64,000 bases of DNA from the human T2T-CHM13v2.0 reference genome, Homo sapiens (GCF_009914755.1 NC_060936.1), one strand, 5' to 3'; counted from the stretch's first letter, positions 1 to 18,130 are shown. A program made the numbers and translations. Notes: generated by a model not told the origin, from the sequence alone.

Positions 1-466
1 CTACACCTCTGTATCTAAAGGAAATGGAGGCCAGGCGCTCACTCCTGTAATCCTGGCACTTTAGGAGGCTGAGGCAGGCAGATTGCCTGAGCTCAGGAGT
101 TTGAGATCGCCCTGGGCAACATGGCAAAACCCCATCTCTACAAAAGTACAAAAAATTAGCTGGGCATGGTGGCTGGTGCCTGTAGTCCCAGCTACTCAGG
201 GGCCTGAGGCAGGAGAATCACTCGAACCTGAGAGGCGGAGGTTGCAGTGAGCTGAGATTGTGCCAATGCACTTCAGCCTGGGCAACAGAGCAAAACACTA
301 TCTCCAAAAAAAAAAAAAAGATAATAGGGAAACACAAATGCTAACTTTACGTAGAGTTTTTAATTGATTCTTTTTTTTCTGGCTCACTTCTCCCCTAACT
401 TTTAAAAATCTTTTTTATATCATGAATTTCACCTAGTATGAAGTTGGCACTGTGATAGTTTTATAA

Positions 467-813
<347 letters not shown>

Positions 814-1718
814 CAAAGTGGTTTTTTTAAAAATAGTAAACTGAAATTGTATTCTTTCATTTTTGGAAATGGTAGTATTCTGTGCTTAGTAATATGCAAT
901 TACATATCCAATTCCCAAAATTAACATTTTAAAAGAATTATACTTTGCATGCATAATGTACATGAAGCATTTTTAGATTGCTTTAAGAAGCCTCCTGAAA
1001 AATATTCTACCATCTATGAAGTGGAATATTAATTACTGTGCTGGAAACTTTGCAAAATTGCTGAGATTGCACTTTTATATCTGAAATATTGTGATATTTA
1101 AGTATTTTATCTTTAATAGAATTCTGAGCATCAGCTCCAAGTCACTTTTATATCTCAAGTTAGGAAAAGCTATGAAAGGAAGTTATTCCTTCAAACCAAA
1201 TGTACTGATGTATTTACTCCCATAAATAACCATACTTCCTGAAAGAAAACATACAACAGAATAGTCAACATATACTTGTAGTAATTTATTTCCTGTCTTT
1301 ATGCTCTATGGGTATAACTCACTTCATATTTCATCCATACATAGAAATCCTAGTCCTCTGATGAGATGTATAAAAATGAGAGTTTATTTATATAAAAACA
1401 AATAAAATATAGTGACAGAATTGAGATTAGATTTTAAACATTCTTATTTCTCAAATGAAGTATAATACTCTTTCATCTTTAAATCAAACTCTACATTGTG
1501 TGGAACTAATAGTCTTTTGTGTAATTGATATAGATGCTGTTTATCTTGTATTAAGTGTGTTAAATCGAATTTCATTAAAAAGATTAAAATCTGTTAATAG
1601 TTTATACCTTGGATAATATTTTGATCTTTAAAAAAATACATTCTAAGCTGGGCACGGTGGCTCATGCTTGTAATCCCAGCACTTTGGGAGGCCGAAGTGG
1701 GTGGATTACCTGAGGTCA

Positions 1719-1925
<207 letters not shown>

Positions 1926-2013
1926 TTACTGGAACAAAAGAAATGTACTCTAATTTAGAATTTGGAAAATAACCCTCCTTCATGTTTACATTTTAATTAT
2001 TTTTTTATTTTAG

Positions 2014-2479
2014 AGTAATTTCTTACCAAACATTACCAAGAAATATGCCAAGTCACAGAGCCCAGATTATGGCCCGCTACCCTGAAGGTTATAGAACACT
2101 CCCAAGAAACAGCAAGACAAGGCCTGAAAGTATCTGCAGTGTAACCCCTTCCACTCATGACAAGACATTAGGACCCGGAGCGGAGGAGAAACGGAGGTCC
2201 ATGAGAGATGACACAATGTGGCAGCTCTACGAATGGCAGCAGCGTCAGTTTTATAACAAACAGAGCACCCTCCCTCGACACAGTACTTTGAGTAGTCCCA
2301 AAACCATGGTAAATATTTCTGACCAGACAATGCACTCTATTCCCACATCACCTTCCCACGGGTCAATAGCTGCTTATCAGGGATACTCCCCTCAACGAAC
2401 TTACAGATCGGAAGTGTCTTCACCAATTCAGAGAGGAGATGTGACAATAGACCGCAGACACAGGGCCCATCACCCTAAG
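2014..2479 (+). CDS. PLEKHA5: PLEKHA5 internal coding exon (VISYQTLPRNMPSHRAQ...DRRHRAHHPK), phase 2 to 0
   Basis: T-rich acceptor ...TTTTAG at 2013 and donor AAG|GTAAAA at 2479. Translation (ORF 2045-2488) matches the PLEKHA5 sequence as I recall it, including RRSMRDDTMWQLYEWQQRQ. Confidence 0.96.
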
Positions 2480-2613
2480 GTAAAATAGCTGCTGATTTTG
2501 TGTTAACTCACTACCTTATAAATGCTGTGTTTTCTTTCTAGTATACTATTTTAAATGTGAGAGACAAAAGAATGGGGATAAAGTAAGCAAGGCAGCTCTT
2601 TTTTGTTTTAAAA

Positions 2614-2623
2614 AATAAATAAA
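2614..2623 (+). terminator. Candidate intronic poly(A) signal (two overlapping AATAAA)
   Basis: AATAAATAAA about 125 nt after the read-through stop at 2486-2488. Confidence 0.5.
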
Positions 2624-2710
2624 AATATTTTACAACATTAAGATCTCATGTATAAAAAATACCTAATTGCAACACTTCATCTCTCAGGAACACAGGAGCA
2701 GTTCTTTTGA

Positions 2711-3172
<462 letters not shown>

Positions 3173-4205
3173 TGAAATTTTGTATCAAGCTCATCCTGTT
3201 GTTCATGAGGATAAAAGTGTTAACTTTATCTTCTAACCAATGAATATATGGCATATTGAGATAACTCCTTAAACACTCGATTTAATATTGTAGCTTAATG
3301 GTATGTATACATTTTAAAAATGGAGATCATGTTTTACTTTGTATATTAAGTTGGTTTAAGCATTGCTTAGTATAGATTATTTGAAGTGAATTCAAAGTGC
3401 TTTGTATCAATCAGCTTTTCATAATGCTAAAGCAGTGGCTTTGATTAGTCAGCTAGTACACAACCAGTTCCCTAATGTCTATCCTAAAGTGCTTTTTTTT
3501 TCATACTGAAGAGTTCTTTGACCGGACATAGTGGCTCACACCTGTATTCCCAACACTTTGGGGAGCCAAGGCCATAGGATCACTTGAACCTGGAAGGTTG
3601 AGGCTGTAGTAAGCTGTGATTGCACCACTGCACCCAAGCCTGGGAGACAGAGCAGGACTCTGACTCAAAAAATAGTAATAATAAGTTATTGCTTTATACT
3701 GTTTTAAAATGCTCTTTTCTTATCCTTGTGACAAGCTGATTTCTTCAGCTGCGTTATTACCTAAGCATTTGCTTGATATTTCCATAAATAAGCATTTGTT
3801 AAGATTAATAGATTAATCAGGAATTTTCCTTTGAAGAAAGTTTTAATTTGCCTCACAACAAAAGGCTCACTTTGAACTCCATCGTAACAAAGTTCAGTGT
3901 TTCCTCACTTTTTCCAAAGACTAAATCATGATTGATAAAAATAGTAACAATATATAAGAAAAATCTGATCTAATACAACTTAATGTGTATGGTCTAACAA
4001 TTGGCTCTAAATTACATGCTCTCATGGTTAATAGTATTTTTCATGTTCTTGGCCAGAATATATCATCTGTTTCGACAGCAAATATGAGATGAATCTATAT
4101 TCTCTATCCAATTCTCAACTGTCTGCTACTGCTACTCCCAAAAGACTTCTCCAAAATTGCCAAATTTTTCTTTCAAACTATCCTATCCTCTTCCTTGATC
4201 TAGAT

Positions 4206-5391
4206 CAGTGGTTCTTAAAGTGTAGTTCATGGACCCCTGTGGGGGTTCCCTCCCATGACCGTTTCAGGGAGTCAAAACTATTTTTATGATCATAATAAGG
4301 CATTATTCATTGTGTTCCTATTTGCTCTAGTAGTGCAGAAGCGATGGTGAGTAAAATTTCTGGCACCTTAGCATAAATCAAGGCAGTGGATCCAGACTAT
4401 GCTAGTGGTCATTGTAGCCCTCCCTGCCACACACTTGAAGTAAAAAATAAAGTATCAGGTTCACTTATAAATCTCATTCATGAAACAGTAGAAAATAATT
4501 TTATTGAACCTTAACATTTTGTTACATATTCTTTTACTATTACTTGTGATGAAATGGTAAATGCATAAAGCATTTCTATGGCATACCAAAGTGCTAACCG
4601 TTGTCTCACAGTAAAACACATGATGGAGTTGCAAGCTGAATTAGTTCCTTTTATTGTGAAACATATTTTTACTTGAACAAAAGACAACTGTCAATATTCA
4701 GACGTGGTATTTGATAGACACACTTTCTCAAAGTGAATGCTATCCTGTCACTTCAAGGAAAACAACTGACAGTATTTGTTACTGATAACAACGTTTGAGT
4801 TTTCAAGCAAAAAATAGAATTTTGAAAATCATGTATCTGCCACCCTGAACTTGACAGCTTTCCGGTGCTTAAAGATTGGTGGTGATATTAACAGTTGTGA
4901 TGTTTTTATATTGTATACTGACATATGTCAATATTTAGAACATTGCATAACTCACTGAACCAATATTTTCCAGATGACCAGTGTTTGATGTCACAAGATT
5001 CATTTAAAGTACAAATAGACCAAGTGGATATTAATGTAACAGAGTATCAAAAGTTCATTGATAAGGTTTCAGATATCACTTTGTAACTAACCTTTAAAAA
5101 ATATCAGTTTTTTGAGCTATAGCGCAGTGTCAAAGATGAACATCTATAATTATCAAGAAAAACTATTAAAATTCTCTCCTTTTTTCCAACTATATATATT
5201 GAGGGTAGATTTTCTTCACATACTTCCACTAAAAGAGATTATCACAACAGATTAAATACAGAAACAGATACAAGAATCCAGCCAGACATTAAAGATTTGC
5301 AAAACTGTAAAACAATGCCACTCTTGCCACTAAATTTTCTTTTTAAGAATATAAAGGGATCCTGAGGTCAAAGAGTTTTTGAGAACCTCTA
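4206..5391. mobile_element. Charlie1-family hAT DNA transposon relic
   Basis: Termini CAGTGGTTCT... and ...AGAACCTCTA with a degenerate 8-bp TSD ATCTAGAT/AACCAGAT; internal sequence is Charlie1-like. Confidence 0.72.
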
Positions 5392-5687
5392 AACCAGATT
5401 TTAGAATTACTCTGTTCAGGCCGGGCAAGTGGCTCAAGCCTGTAATCCTAGCACTTTGGGAGGCCGAGGTAGGTGGATTGCTTGAGGCCAGGAGTTCGAG
5501 ACCAGCCTGGCCAACATGGTGAAACCCCGTCTCTACTAAAAATACAAAAATTAGTCAGACGTGGTGGCATGCGCCTGTAATCCCAGCTACTTGAGAGGCT
5601 GCGGTAGGAGGATCTCTTGAACCCAGGAGGTGGAGGTTGCAGTGAGCTGAGATCTTGCCATACACTCCAGGCTGGGCAACAGAGTGA

Positions 5688-5945
<258 letters not shown>

Positions 5946-6206
5946 TAGGCTGGTCTCGAACTCCTGACCTCAAGTGATCTGTCCACCCTGGCCTTTCAAA
6001 GTGTTGGGATTACAGGCGTGAGCCACCGCACCCAGCCCCACATCAGTATTTTATGTCAAGAAATGTTAGTCTCTATCATCTTTCATAAGCACTAATAGCA
6101 ATTTTAAATGGTATTTCATAATAGGAATTTAAGATTTCTCCTTGCTGACATTGATAAGAAAAAAAAAACTTTACCACAGAATTACATTGTGCCTTTACTT
6201 TCCTAG

Positions 6207-6290
6207 CATGTCTATGTGCCTGACAGAAGGTCAGTGCCAGCTGGCCTGACTTTACAGTCTGTTAGTCCCCAGAGCCTCCAAGGGAAAACG
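6207..6290 (+). CDS. PLEKHA5: PLEKHA5 coding exon HVYVPDRRSVPAGLTLQSVSPQSLQGKT (84 nt, phase 0-0)
   Basis: Acceptor CTTTCCTAG| and donor ACG|GTGAGT; continues the previous exon in frame (HHPK-HVYV). Confidence 0.95.
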
Positions 6291-6487
6291 GTGAGTAATA
6301 TCTTTATTTACCATACCATGTTTTATTTATGTGCTGCACAGGAAGGTACATATCTAACATAATTTTTAAGTTTGAATTTTCAGAGGTTCTCCCAAAGAAA
6401 AAACATTACTGCTTTTGTGCAAGAGATGCTCATCAGAATTTGAAATCATGTAGCCATTTCAGTGTTTTAGTGGATACCTTTTCCTAA

Positions 6488-6837
<350 letters not shown>

Positions 6838-8605
6838 TTATTGTATGAACTAGGTGGGTTTCTTTACTTTCATTCCCTTATCCTTAAAACAGAAGTTGCA
6901 GTAATTCATTAGTGAACAAATCCAGCAAGCAGTTATTTGTAGTCAAACTACCAGCGTATTAAGTTTTTCGTGTGAATTTTTAGATTAACTTCTTTAGAGC
7001 TGTTTGTAAAATAAACTGATTTACATATCAGCAGAAAAAGACTGTAACAAGCGTTCGATCAAAGCAAGTATTTACCATTACCATTTCATTGTCAGTGTTA
7101 TGTTAATTGGAAAGGAGTTACATTAGCAGGACACTTCTTCTAGTTAAAGAGAAAAGATGACTTTTCCTCACTTCAGTTTATTTTAATGGTATTCTTTTAT
7201 CAGGGGCACTGGCTTTATTGTCAGTAGATAACCTCAGTTTCTGTAAAGATGTGATTTTAGCACCTGTGTGTATAGTTGTTCATTATTTAAAATTCTCTTC
7301 CTGCAGTAATCAAATTCATCTTATGTGTTTTGTAAAAACATTGTTTTATTTTATCTTTTACACATTTAGATAAAATGAAATATTTCCTTGCTTTAAGCTT
7401 CCTGCAGTTTATTTGCCAAAGATTATTTGATTAAGACTAAGGACTTTTAAATGTGGGAATCTTAAAACATTAGATTGTTGGCCTGACAAATAGTCATTAA
7501 TCATAGAGTAAATGCTAAATAGCATACCACAAATGTTTCTCTTCTGCCTTGCTCCCTCTAGTGGATATTTAGCCAAAATTTATTTACCACCACCTACTTT
7601 CTTTGGTCAAATGTGCCTCTTTATTTGGCCTCAAAATCTAAATAAAGTTATTGGTATCTTTCATCCTTTTGAAAATCTCTTAGTCTGTTTAGCTCCATAA
7701 ATAATAAACCAGAGTTTCAGTATTCCTTGCGGTATCACTCTGGGTTCTTAGAATATCTAAATCCCTTTGCCCATCTTACCTTCTCCCTGGCAAGACCTCA
7801 AGTGTTGGAGATGATGATCATAAAACAAGGACTATCCTAGCATCATGAGGTCACGAGATAGGATTGGCATCAGAGCAAAAGCAACTGTTCTTTTTCTCTT
7901 ACATGGTTTATTTAAATCTCATACACCAAATATTCTTTGACCATTTAATATACAGTAAAAAACTGTTGTCTCACCTGTGGATACCCAGTTTTATCTAAGG
8001 AATCCAATAGTAACTTCTGCTAACACTTTTTCTTCTGAAGGCAATAATTTTTAATATGATTTTGGATAATGGTTAAAAATGATTTCTGTTTTTGAAAAGA
8101 ATTGTCAGAAAATAAAGAGCAATAGCAAATAAACAGAACGGAAGAGAGTTAATGCAATGCTGTCGTGTAGGCAAAACAAACCAATCTTGGGAATACTTTT
8201 TAGCCTGGAATTTTTAAGAGTACATTGCAGCACTCCAGTGAGGAAAGCCTGTAGCCTGCTTTCAGTTGTTAATCATAACAAAGCTCAGAGAAATACCAAG
8301 TAATATTTTATGGGCTATAAGAATGCCAATGATCATACTTTACTGTATTTCTAAGAAAAGTATATTAAATTGGCCCATTAAGGAATTTCATCCACCGTTG
8401 AAAATTTATTTTCCTTTGGATCACAGTCACCAATCAGGAACCAAAAAAAGGTTCTCTTCTTTTCCCAGAGTGAAGAAGGAGGGTTTATGTGCCCATGGAA
8501 ACTCTCTTTTTCTTAAAAAATAAAACTGATCTTTTGGTCATAAAAAATGCTATATGAAAGCACTAACAGTGACATTTCAGAGTATAACTGGGAAGCAATT
8601 AATAG

Positions 8606-8851
<246 letters not shown>

Positions 8852-9410
8852 TAATCTTTAGTAGAGGCAGGGCTCAGGCTGGTCTCGAACTTCTGACCTT
8901 GTGATCCGCCTCCCTCAGCCTCCCAAAGTGCTGGGATTACAGGCGTGAGCCACTGTGCCCGGACTACATTTATTTTAATTATTTTATGTAGTTCTGTTAG
9001 AAAGTTGGACATGCAGGTATTTGTACTATTGCTGGGAAAAGGTGTAATTTTTTTAGATATCTTAGTAAAATATCTTTTAATAATTTTTTAGTAGCACTTA
9101 TGTACAAACCTTTATAATGTTTTTTTGGCATTGTGCTTTTTTGTACTTAACATTTAAATGTTCTCATGAGTTCTGAGAAAATGCCTTAATTTACTGTTGT
9201 TTTGCTGTATCTTTTAAAGTAACACTGTTCCTTCTATTTCTCTAGATATCTATGCATTTATGTAGGACCTATCATCATAGTGCCTAGGCACTATGTTTGA
9301 TGTCAACCATAAGAGGAAACTTGCCAAGAAATCTTGGTTTAATATCTGTCACTTAAGACAACAATTAATCTGTTTTCCACTGTTTGGATTCTTAAATTGT
9401 ACTCCTTCAG

Positions 9411-9530
9411 CCAGAGGAGCTTACGCTGCTGCTAATAAAGCTGAGACGGCAGCAAGCCGAACTGAGTAGTATCCGGGAGCATACGTTAGCACAGCTCATG
9501 CAGCTAAAGCTTGAGGCCCACAGCCCAAAG
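9411..9530 (+). CDS. PLEKHA5: PLEKHA5 alternative exon PEELTLLLIKLRRQQAELSSIREHTLAQLMQLKLEAHSPK (120 nt, phase 0-0)
   Basis: Acceptor ACTCCTTCAG| and donor AAG|GTCAGC; open frame with helical, leucine-rich sequence and retained CpGs; fits the long isoform. Confidence 0.88.
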
Positions 9531-10377
9531 GTCAGCTATGGAGAGATTTGTCTGTGTCGTCTGCCATCATCTCTTATTTTGAAACACTCATCAGTCAATA
9601 TGATCAGCATCATTAGTGTTGAGCATGAGCCCATACCATCATTATAGTGACAACATTAGAATCTCCTATTAACCCTTTGAGAATTCAACTTATTTATACA
9701 TTACTGAAAGAAAATACAGGTAGGGTGCATTTCTTCTTAGCCTTCTACCCCACCCGCTCACCCACTGGCTTTTGGTTTTGAGGAAGGCAATGCGTACAAT
9801 ACTTCATGTACGCATTAACTTCATGTTGTTACTCACTGAATACTGTGACTTCCATATCTGGTAAAACAAATATTGAGAAGTCCTATAATTTCCAATAAAA
9901 CAATAAATTAAAAATTCATTATAGCTTTAATAATACTGCCTTTTAAATGTTAAAAATTAATTTTAAAATGTCTTATTTTTAATGAAAAGAACGAACACAT
10001 AACCGTTTCTCAAAGGGTTTATAGCTCTGGTTATATAAGAAAGATCTTATTTAAAGAAGTAGTACTATATTAGAGGAAATAATTGACATGTAAAAGTTCT
10101 AACAGTCAGTTTGCTAAAGCTATTTTAAGGAATTTTTCTGCTTAATAGTTCATTGTTCATATGCATGTCTACGTAATTTCTTACAAAACAAAATATAATT
10201 TTGTAATTTAATATGTCAGCGGTACCATTTACAGGGGAGCATGTGCGTGAAAGTTGTCGTGTACTGTGATATAATAGGTTGTAGTAAATTACCTGTTTTT
10301 CTTATTCCAAAATTGACCTTTTCTTGAATTCCACATCCTCTTTCTCTGTCCCTTTTTTCTTAATTGGTGCCTACTAG

Positions 10378-10431
10378 AATGAAATTCTTTCACATCATCT
10401 CCAAAGGAACACCATATATTTGGATCATCAG
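10378..10431 (+). CDS. PLEKHA5: PLEKHA5 alternative exon NEILSHHLQRNTIYLDHQ (54 nt, phase 0-0)
   Basis: Long pyrimidine tract 10320-10361, acceptor CTACTAG|, donor CAG|GTGGGA; open and symmetric. Confidence 0.82.
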
Positions 10432-11314
10432 GTGGGATTCATAGAGATTTTCTTACTTTTAATACTTAATAGAACTTCTTAAATATAATACAGTTTTTCA
10501 GGCTTCTCAGCTATTTCAGTCACGTTGAATTAATAACATGACTTTTACAAGTGATAGAATATGAAATCTCTGACCAGGTGGATTCAGGAATTCCATAATA
10601 AACAGGGAGAAAGGACAGGTGTGGAGGTAAAGAGGGATACAAATGCTGGGTCACCTGAAATTGAGGGCCTAAATTCTCTAGACTTCGTTCTTCTTATCCC
10701 ATTAAAACACCTACTCCTTGAGGCTTATCTCAGCTTGGAGCTGACCTAATTAAAGGAACAGACACCAAGCTGTGAATTGTCTTGTTGGAAGGCAAGAAGG
10801 AGGGTGAATGTAGTGTGCTCTGTATTCCTAAAGGGGAGTTTAAAGGTGGGTGAAGTTGGCTGGATGCAATGGCTCATGCCTGTAATCCCAGCACTTTGGG
10901 AGGCTGAGGCAGGCGGCTCACTGGAGGCCAGGAGTTCGAGACGAGGCTGGCCAACATGGAGAAACCCTGCCTCTACTAAAAATACAAAAATGAGCCGGGC
11001 GTCACAGTGAACGTCTGTAATCCCAGCAGCTTGGGAGGCTGAGGCATGAGAATTGCTTGAACCCGGGAGGTGGAGGTTGCAGTGAGCCGAGATCATGCAC
11101 CACTGCACTCCAGCCTGGGCTACAGCGCAAGACTCTGTCTTAAAAATAAAGAAACAGAGAAAGAGAGAGAGGGAGGGAGTAAGGGAGGAAGGAAGATGGG
11201 TGAAGTGTGTAGTGGAGGTGATTTGCAGTTGCCTGTCCTTATTCCCTGTTTGCTGTGTACTTCCAATGTTTGGTCTTTGCCAACGTGTGTAGAGCCAGTT
11301 TTATAGGAGGCTCA

Positions 11315-11665
<351 letters not shown>

Positions 11666-14532
11666 CTATCTCAAAAAAAAAGAAAGTGGCATTTAACAAG
11701 GAGTGACTCAGTTTTTATAAAATGTTCTATTAATATTTAATTTTAATTTGTTGGGAATTTTTTGTTATTAGACATAATTTCTTTCATTGAATACATTTTT
11801 TTATATAAATCAAGCTAAAACTTATTCTAGCTTGTTTCAAAATGTCCAAACTTGACTATTTTATCAAATAAAGAGGTTACTGTAGAAAATAAGACAAATG
11901 CTTTCATATTTATATTTGCCTGTTTGAAACAAAACAGTAATGTGCTACTTTAAATTAGTTGTATTTAAAGAGGGATTTTGCATTAGGATAACCCTTTGAA
12001 AGGTGTTAAATCATTTTCCTTATTTTAATTTTTAAAAGTAACACACTTTTGTTAATATAAAATTTATATATTTTCCACAAAACATTTTCATCAGCATTTT
12101 GGCCATTGGAATACTTTAAAAATCAGCATTTCATGTATCCGAATTCCAGATCTTCAATCCAGAGATTGAGGCTATTGAAATTTAACCACAGTGTATATTA
12201 TGCACTTTGTATATTATGCACTAGAAAAATGCATCTTCCTTCAAAATTCTACACTGCCAGAAAGCTGCTAAGATACATGGGAAATAAAAAACTCCTTTGT
12301 ATTTAGAGCTGCAAATAGTCCTAAAAAATAGGTTTAAAAAACAATGATATAAACATGAATCTGAAGTTACCCCACATCTCTGAAAATAAACCTTGTGGTT
12401 TACTGTAATTTATTACTGACCTCATTGAATCAAAACTTGCAGAGACATAGAACTTCAGAAAATTTTAGAAAAGGACAGGTAAATATATCAAAAACACCAC
12501 CATATGCTAAGATGCCCTTCCTCAATCACTTTCCCACATCGAGATTGTGTTTTATCCCTTTACCTAAATGACCTAGACCTCGTTGAGGTTCACATTCCCA
12601 TCTCTCCTCTCAAAGAAAGCTTTGTTGAACCTTTTCTACTGCTCCATGCTTGTGGTCCTACTGGTGACTTCTAAACATCCTAATGTGTTATTGATCTTCT
12701 CTATTCTCTCAACATCTCACCAAAGCTTTTCCAGTAATTTATCTGAAGTAAAGCTATTCAATTTTTAAAGTTTGTGATAATGAGAAGAATTACAGAATTG
12801 TTTGAATGGTACTTGTGTTTGAAGTAAGAATATTTTGATAGCAAAAATTGGGCCATTTTTAGGTAATAATTAGACAGCATATGAAAACATGGTGGAGACT
12901 GCCCAAAAACTCAGATATACTTAAATGTATGTATCCTTAAGGTTTCCTAAAGAAAATCTCTCCTTAAATAATTTTATTAAAAATTTATGATTTAGATAAC
13001 TTTGAATTTTAATAAAATTTTTCATTCAGCTCAAACATTTCCAGCTTTTAATCTTGTTACTGCCAGTAGCGTAACATTTTAGAGTACCAGGTCCGTTGCT
13101 TTTGTAGGGATTATTGGTTCCCTGGATTTATGAATTGATTCATCAGTTTTATGTAACCACAAATTTGAGAGTAAATTATAAAATCTGAAAGAGGAAAAGG
13201 CTCTGGTCACATTTTATACTATATATCATAACAAATGAACATGTACTAATCTATTCTCACTCTAACACTTACTCTGCCTCCCCTAATAAATCATCAGAAT
13301 AACCCAAGACCAGCAACAAAATGTAGTTTTCCTCCTGCCCCTTGTGAGGTATTACAATAATCAAAAGCAAAACTGTAATTTCTTTAAATTCTGTTAATCA
13401 CTGTCAGTATCCACAAAACACATAGACCCAAAGAGTATTCTCATAGTTACTTCAGAGGTCAACTCATTTCTGATGCTACTGGAATGTTTAATAACAAATA
13501 AAAAATAAAATAGCCTTATCTGAAAGTCTGCAGATTTACATATTAAGCAGGCAATCCAAAAATCTTGACTTCTGGTGCCTGTAACTTCAGCAATATAATT
13601 TGATTCTCACTGTCACCGTTTATGAGGATGAATCATGTATTAAAGTGGTTTAAAAATAACAATAGATATACTAATTACATGGTAGAATTTTCTTCAGTTT
13701 TTTGTTTCATCATTAAGTACACTATTACAGTTTGTTTATGCTTCCATAGCCCAGTTAGTGTATTATTCAAAGTCCACATTTATATAAGACTAGCCCTGGT
13801 TTATTTGTCATTTTTGTGAATTTTAAGATAGCATAGGCCCAAAGTAGAACCTGTATACATACAGTAATCCCAACTATATATTTTATGTACCTCATCCATG
13901 CTCTATGTAGAGAATGAATAAATGCATAATATATCAGTAACTCATTTTCTTCTCATCCAGCTTAGTTGTTGCTGAATATTGGAGACACTTTTGGTTACAG
14001 TTTAAGTGAAACTTGCCAGCTTCATCCTAAAATGCATGTACTGAATGGATTTAACATTTATTAGCTTTTTCCATGTTTATTTTTCTGCCTAACAGAATAT
14101 AATAGGGATGGAGGGAAGCCATAAGTAAAGTGTTGCCCTTGCTGTGTACTTGCCAGGAGGTTGGAAGTAAATTTCAGATTATCAGCAGTTAAAGTGGGGT
14201 CTCCTCCCCTGAAGAATGAAATATCCTGTTGTAGTTCTTTGAAAGTGCCATAGTAGCTGGTGTTTATTTTATGAGGGAAAAAGAAAATTTTGAAAAAAAT
14301 TTTTTTTCTTAACAGGGCAGATCAAGCATAAGCTGCCCTGCTGAGCAATCATTTTATGATTAGGAGTCCCTAAAAGGTTCCATAGAGCCAACTATAAGTC
14401 ATTTGTTTGAAACTGGAGTAACAGGTTTCCATAGGAGCTGATTGTAGCCAAACCATTTGATGATATTTGGTTGTAAGATAGAGAAGAAGGAGCACACTGG
14501 TTGTTTTGGCTCCTGTACCCTACTGGTTATTA

Positions 14533-15296
<764 letters not shown>

Positions 15297-16074
15297 TGTA
15301 TTCAGTGTGCAAACCTCAGATCTTAGGAACACGTATGCCTTCTTCAGCAGATCTAACATTGGGAGTAGGGACTTGAAGTTTCTCAGTCTTGTCACTTACT
15401 AGATCTACGCTAGTTTCTAGTTCTTGGCTCCTGTAGCCTGGACCAGGTCTGGTTGGGTTGAGCAAAAGAATGAAATTAGGCGTTTAGAAACTAGACCAGG
15501 AGCTGAAGACAGGAAGCAGTCAAAAACTCTCCATGAGTGAAGAGGTAGCACTTTTTTGATCCAGGCATGAAAGGAGTATTAATAGGAATGGGGAAGTTGG
15601 AACGTGTTTCCCTCCATATTCCTCACGTCTATTTTAGCTTTTCCTTCCATTTGTTTCTTACTCTTTTTCTTTCTAACATTCTCTGCTAGTGTTTGAAGAG
15701 CAGTTGTGAGGGAACTTAAATGATATTCCCCTTTTCCTTTTCCCTAATAACCTTCCTGCCAGATTTTCAAGTAGGCAATGATAACAGCAGGTGAGATATT
15801 AGGAACTGTGACTACGAAGTATGTAGATGGAGATGTGCAGAAGGATCCAGAGACTTAGAGCAATGCTTCACATGCTTTTGGTAAGCATGCTCCCTACTGT
15901 GGGTAAACCAAACATGTACCAACCCCCCCAGAATTATGATATTCTACTGCAGTAACCAGCCTCTTCTTTTAACATCAGATAGCTAAAGGACGTTATCCTC
16001 AAAGTCATGGAAAAGCAGGAAGTTTTTCATGACAAATCAGTTTGCCATAGTACAGTTAAAAAAAAAAAAATACA

Positions 16075-16384
<310 letters not shown>

Positions 16385-16729
16385 TACAGTGCAAGCATAC
16401 CTATGTATTCTTTTTTGCATGAAAATGTTTAAGGTTTGCCAGAGTCAATAGCTAAATCCTTCTTTATAATTTACCAGTAAATTATTATTTTTTTTTTTTT
16501 TTGAGAATGAAAAACATTTCATGTTTATTTGGAGATCCAGTAGACTGGGGATAGATTGTCAACAGAGTCAGCACCTATATATGTGTCTTTTTATCAGTAC
16601 ATTTTTTAAAAAACAATTATCAAATTCTGAGGAGGAGGGTAAGAAAATCTTTTTTGGGCTGGGCACAGTGGCTCACGCCTGTAATCCCAGCACTTTGGGA
16701 GGCCAAGGTGGGTGGATCACCTGAGGTCA

Positions 16730-17050
<321 letters not shown>

Positions 17051-17267
17051 TTAATATGTGTCTCTTAAATTGGCCTATTTAGTGCTCTTACATTATTATC
17101 ATGGGTCTGTTCTTAGCAGTAATCTGTCCTATTTTTTTAGCTTTTTTTTTTTTTTTTTTTTTGTAACCTATCTCAGTGCTAACTGGGGAAGATCTCCGTC
17201 TCTTGGTGTCCCTGCCTCAGCCTCCCGAGTAGCTGTGATTACAGGCACCCACCACCACGCCTGGTGA

Positions 17268-17444
<177 letters not shown>

Positions 17445-18130
17445 TAAAGCAAAAAAATAAAATAATTTAAAAAAAATGGTTCAGAATATCAGTTGCTATT
17501 AACGTTGGTCATGTCACAAGCATTTATTGAATACATCTTCCTTCAGAAGGAACTCACTGGGCTTTGAGAGCCGTCAGCACTCTTGCTTTACTATTTGCTT
17601 AGACTAGGAACTTAAGGCTGGCACCTTAAAACCCCCAGCGGAAAAGAGGATAACACATAGAGAAAGTGAGGCCGAGTCTCCTCTACAGGCTATGGCTGGG
17701 ACAGCCTGACACCAGTCTCTCACAGTCTGGCTGACTGATGAAGAAGAAGAAAAACAAGTGGCAGAATAACTGGAAGGACCTAAGGTATGACAAGCCTCCT
17801 TGGCATCCTGCCTGCCTCTCCATCACTGTAAGGATGGAGATTTTCCAAATTTGTGAAAATGGCAGAATTAAGTCAGACAAGTGCCTGGAGTTCTATTATG
17901 TTCTCCTAAAATCTTGTCTGCCCAACATCAGCATGTATTAAAGTTAAACTGATGACTTTAAACTGGAATTAAATGTACTTTAAAAACAGTTTCACTGAAA
18001 ATGGAAAAATCATGAGATTCTGTAGAACTGTCTGAACAGATTTTTTTTAGCTGATTACATGTTGGCATGGTGTTTGCTCAGGAGAACAAAGGCTACCATA
18101 ACACCTTATGTATATGAGATCCCTCATTAC

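Noticed and set aside
9246-9410. Upstream acceptor TTTCTCTAG in frame with exon 9411
   Set aside because: It hits an in-frame TAG after 13 codons and there is no other evidence of use.
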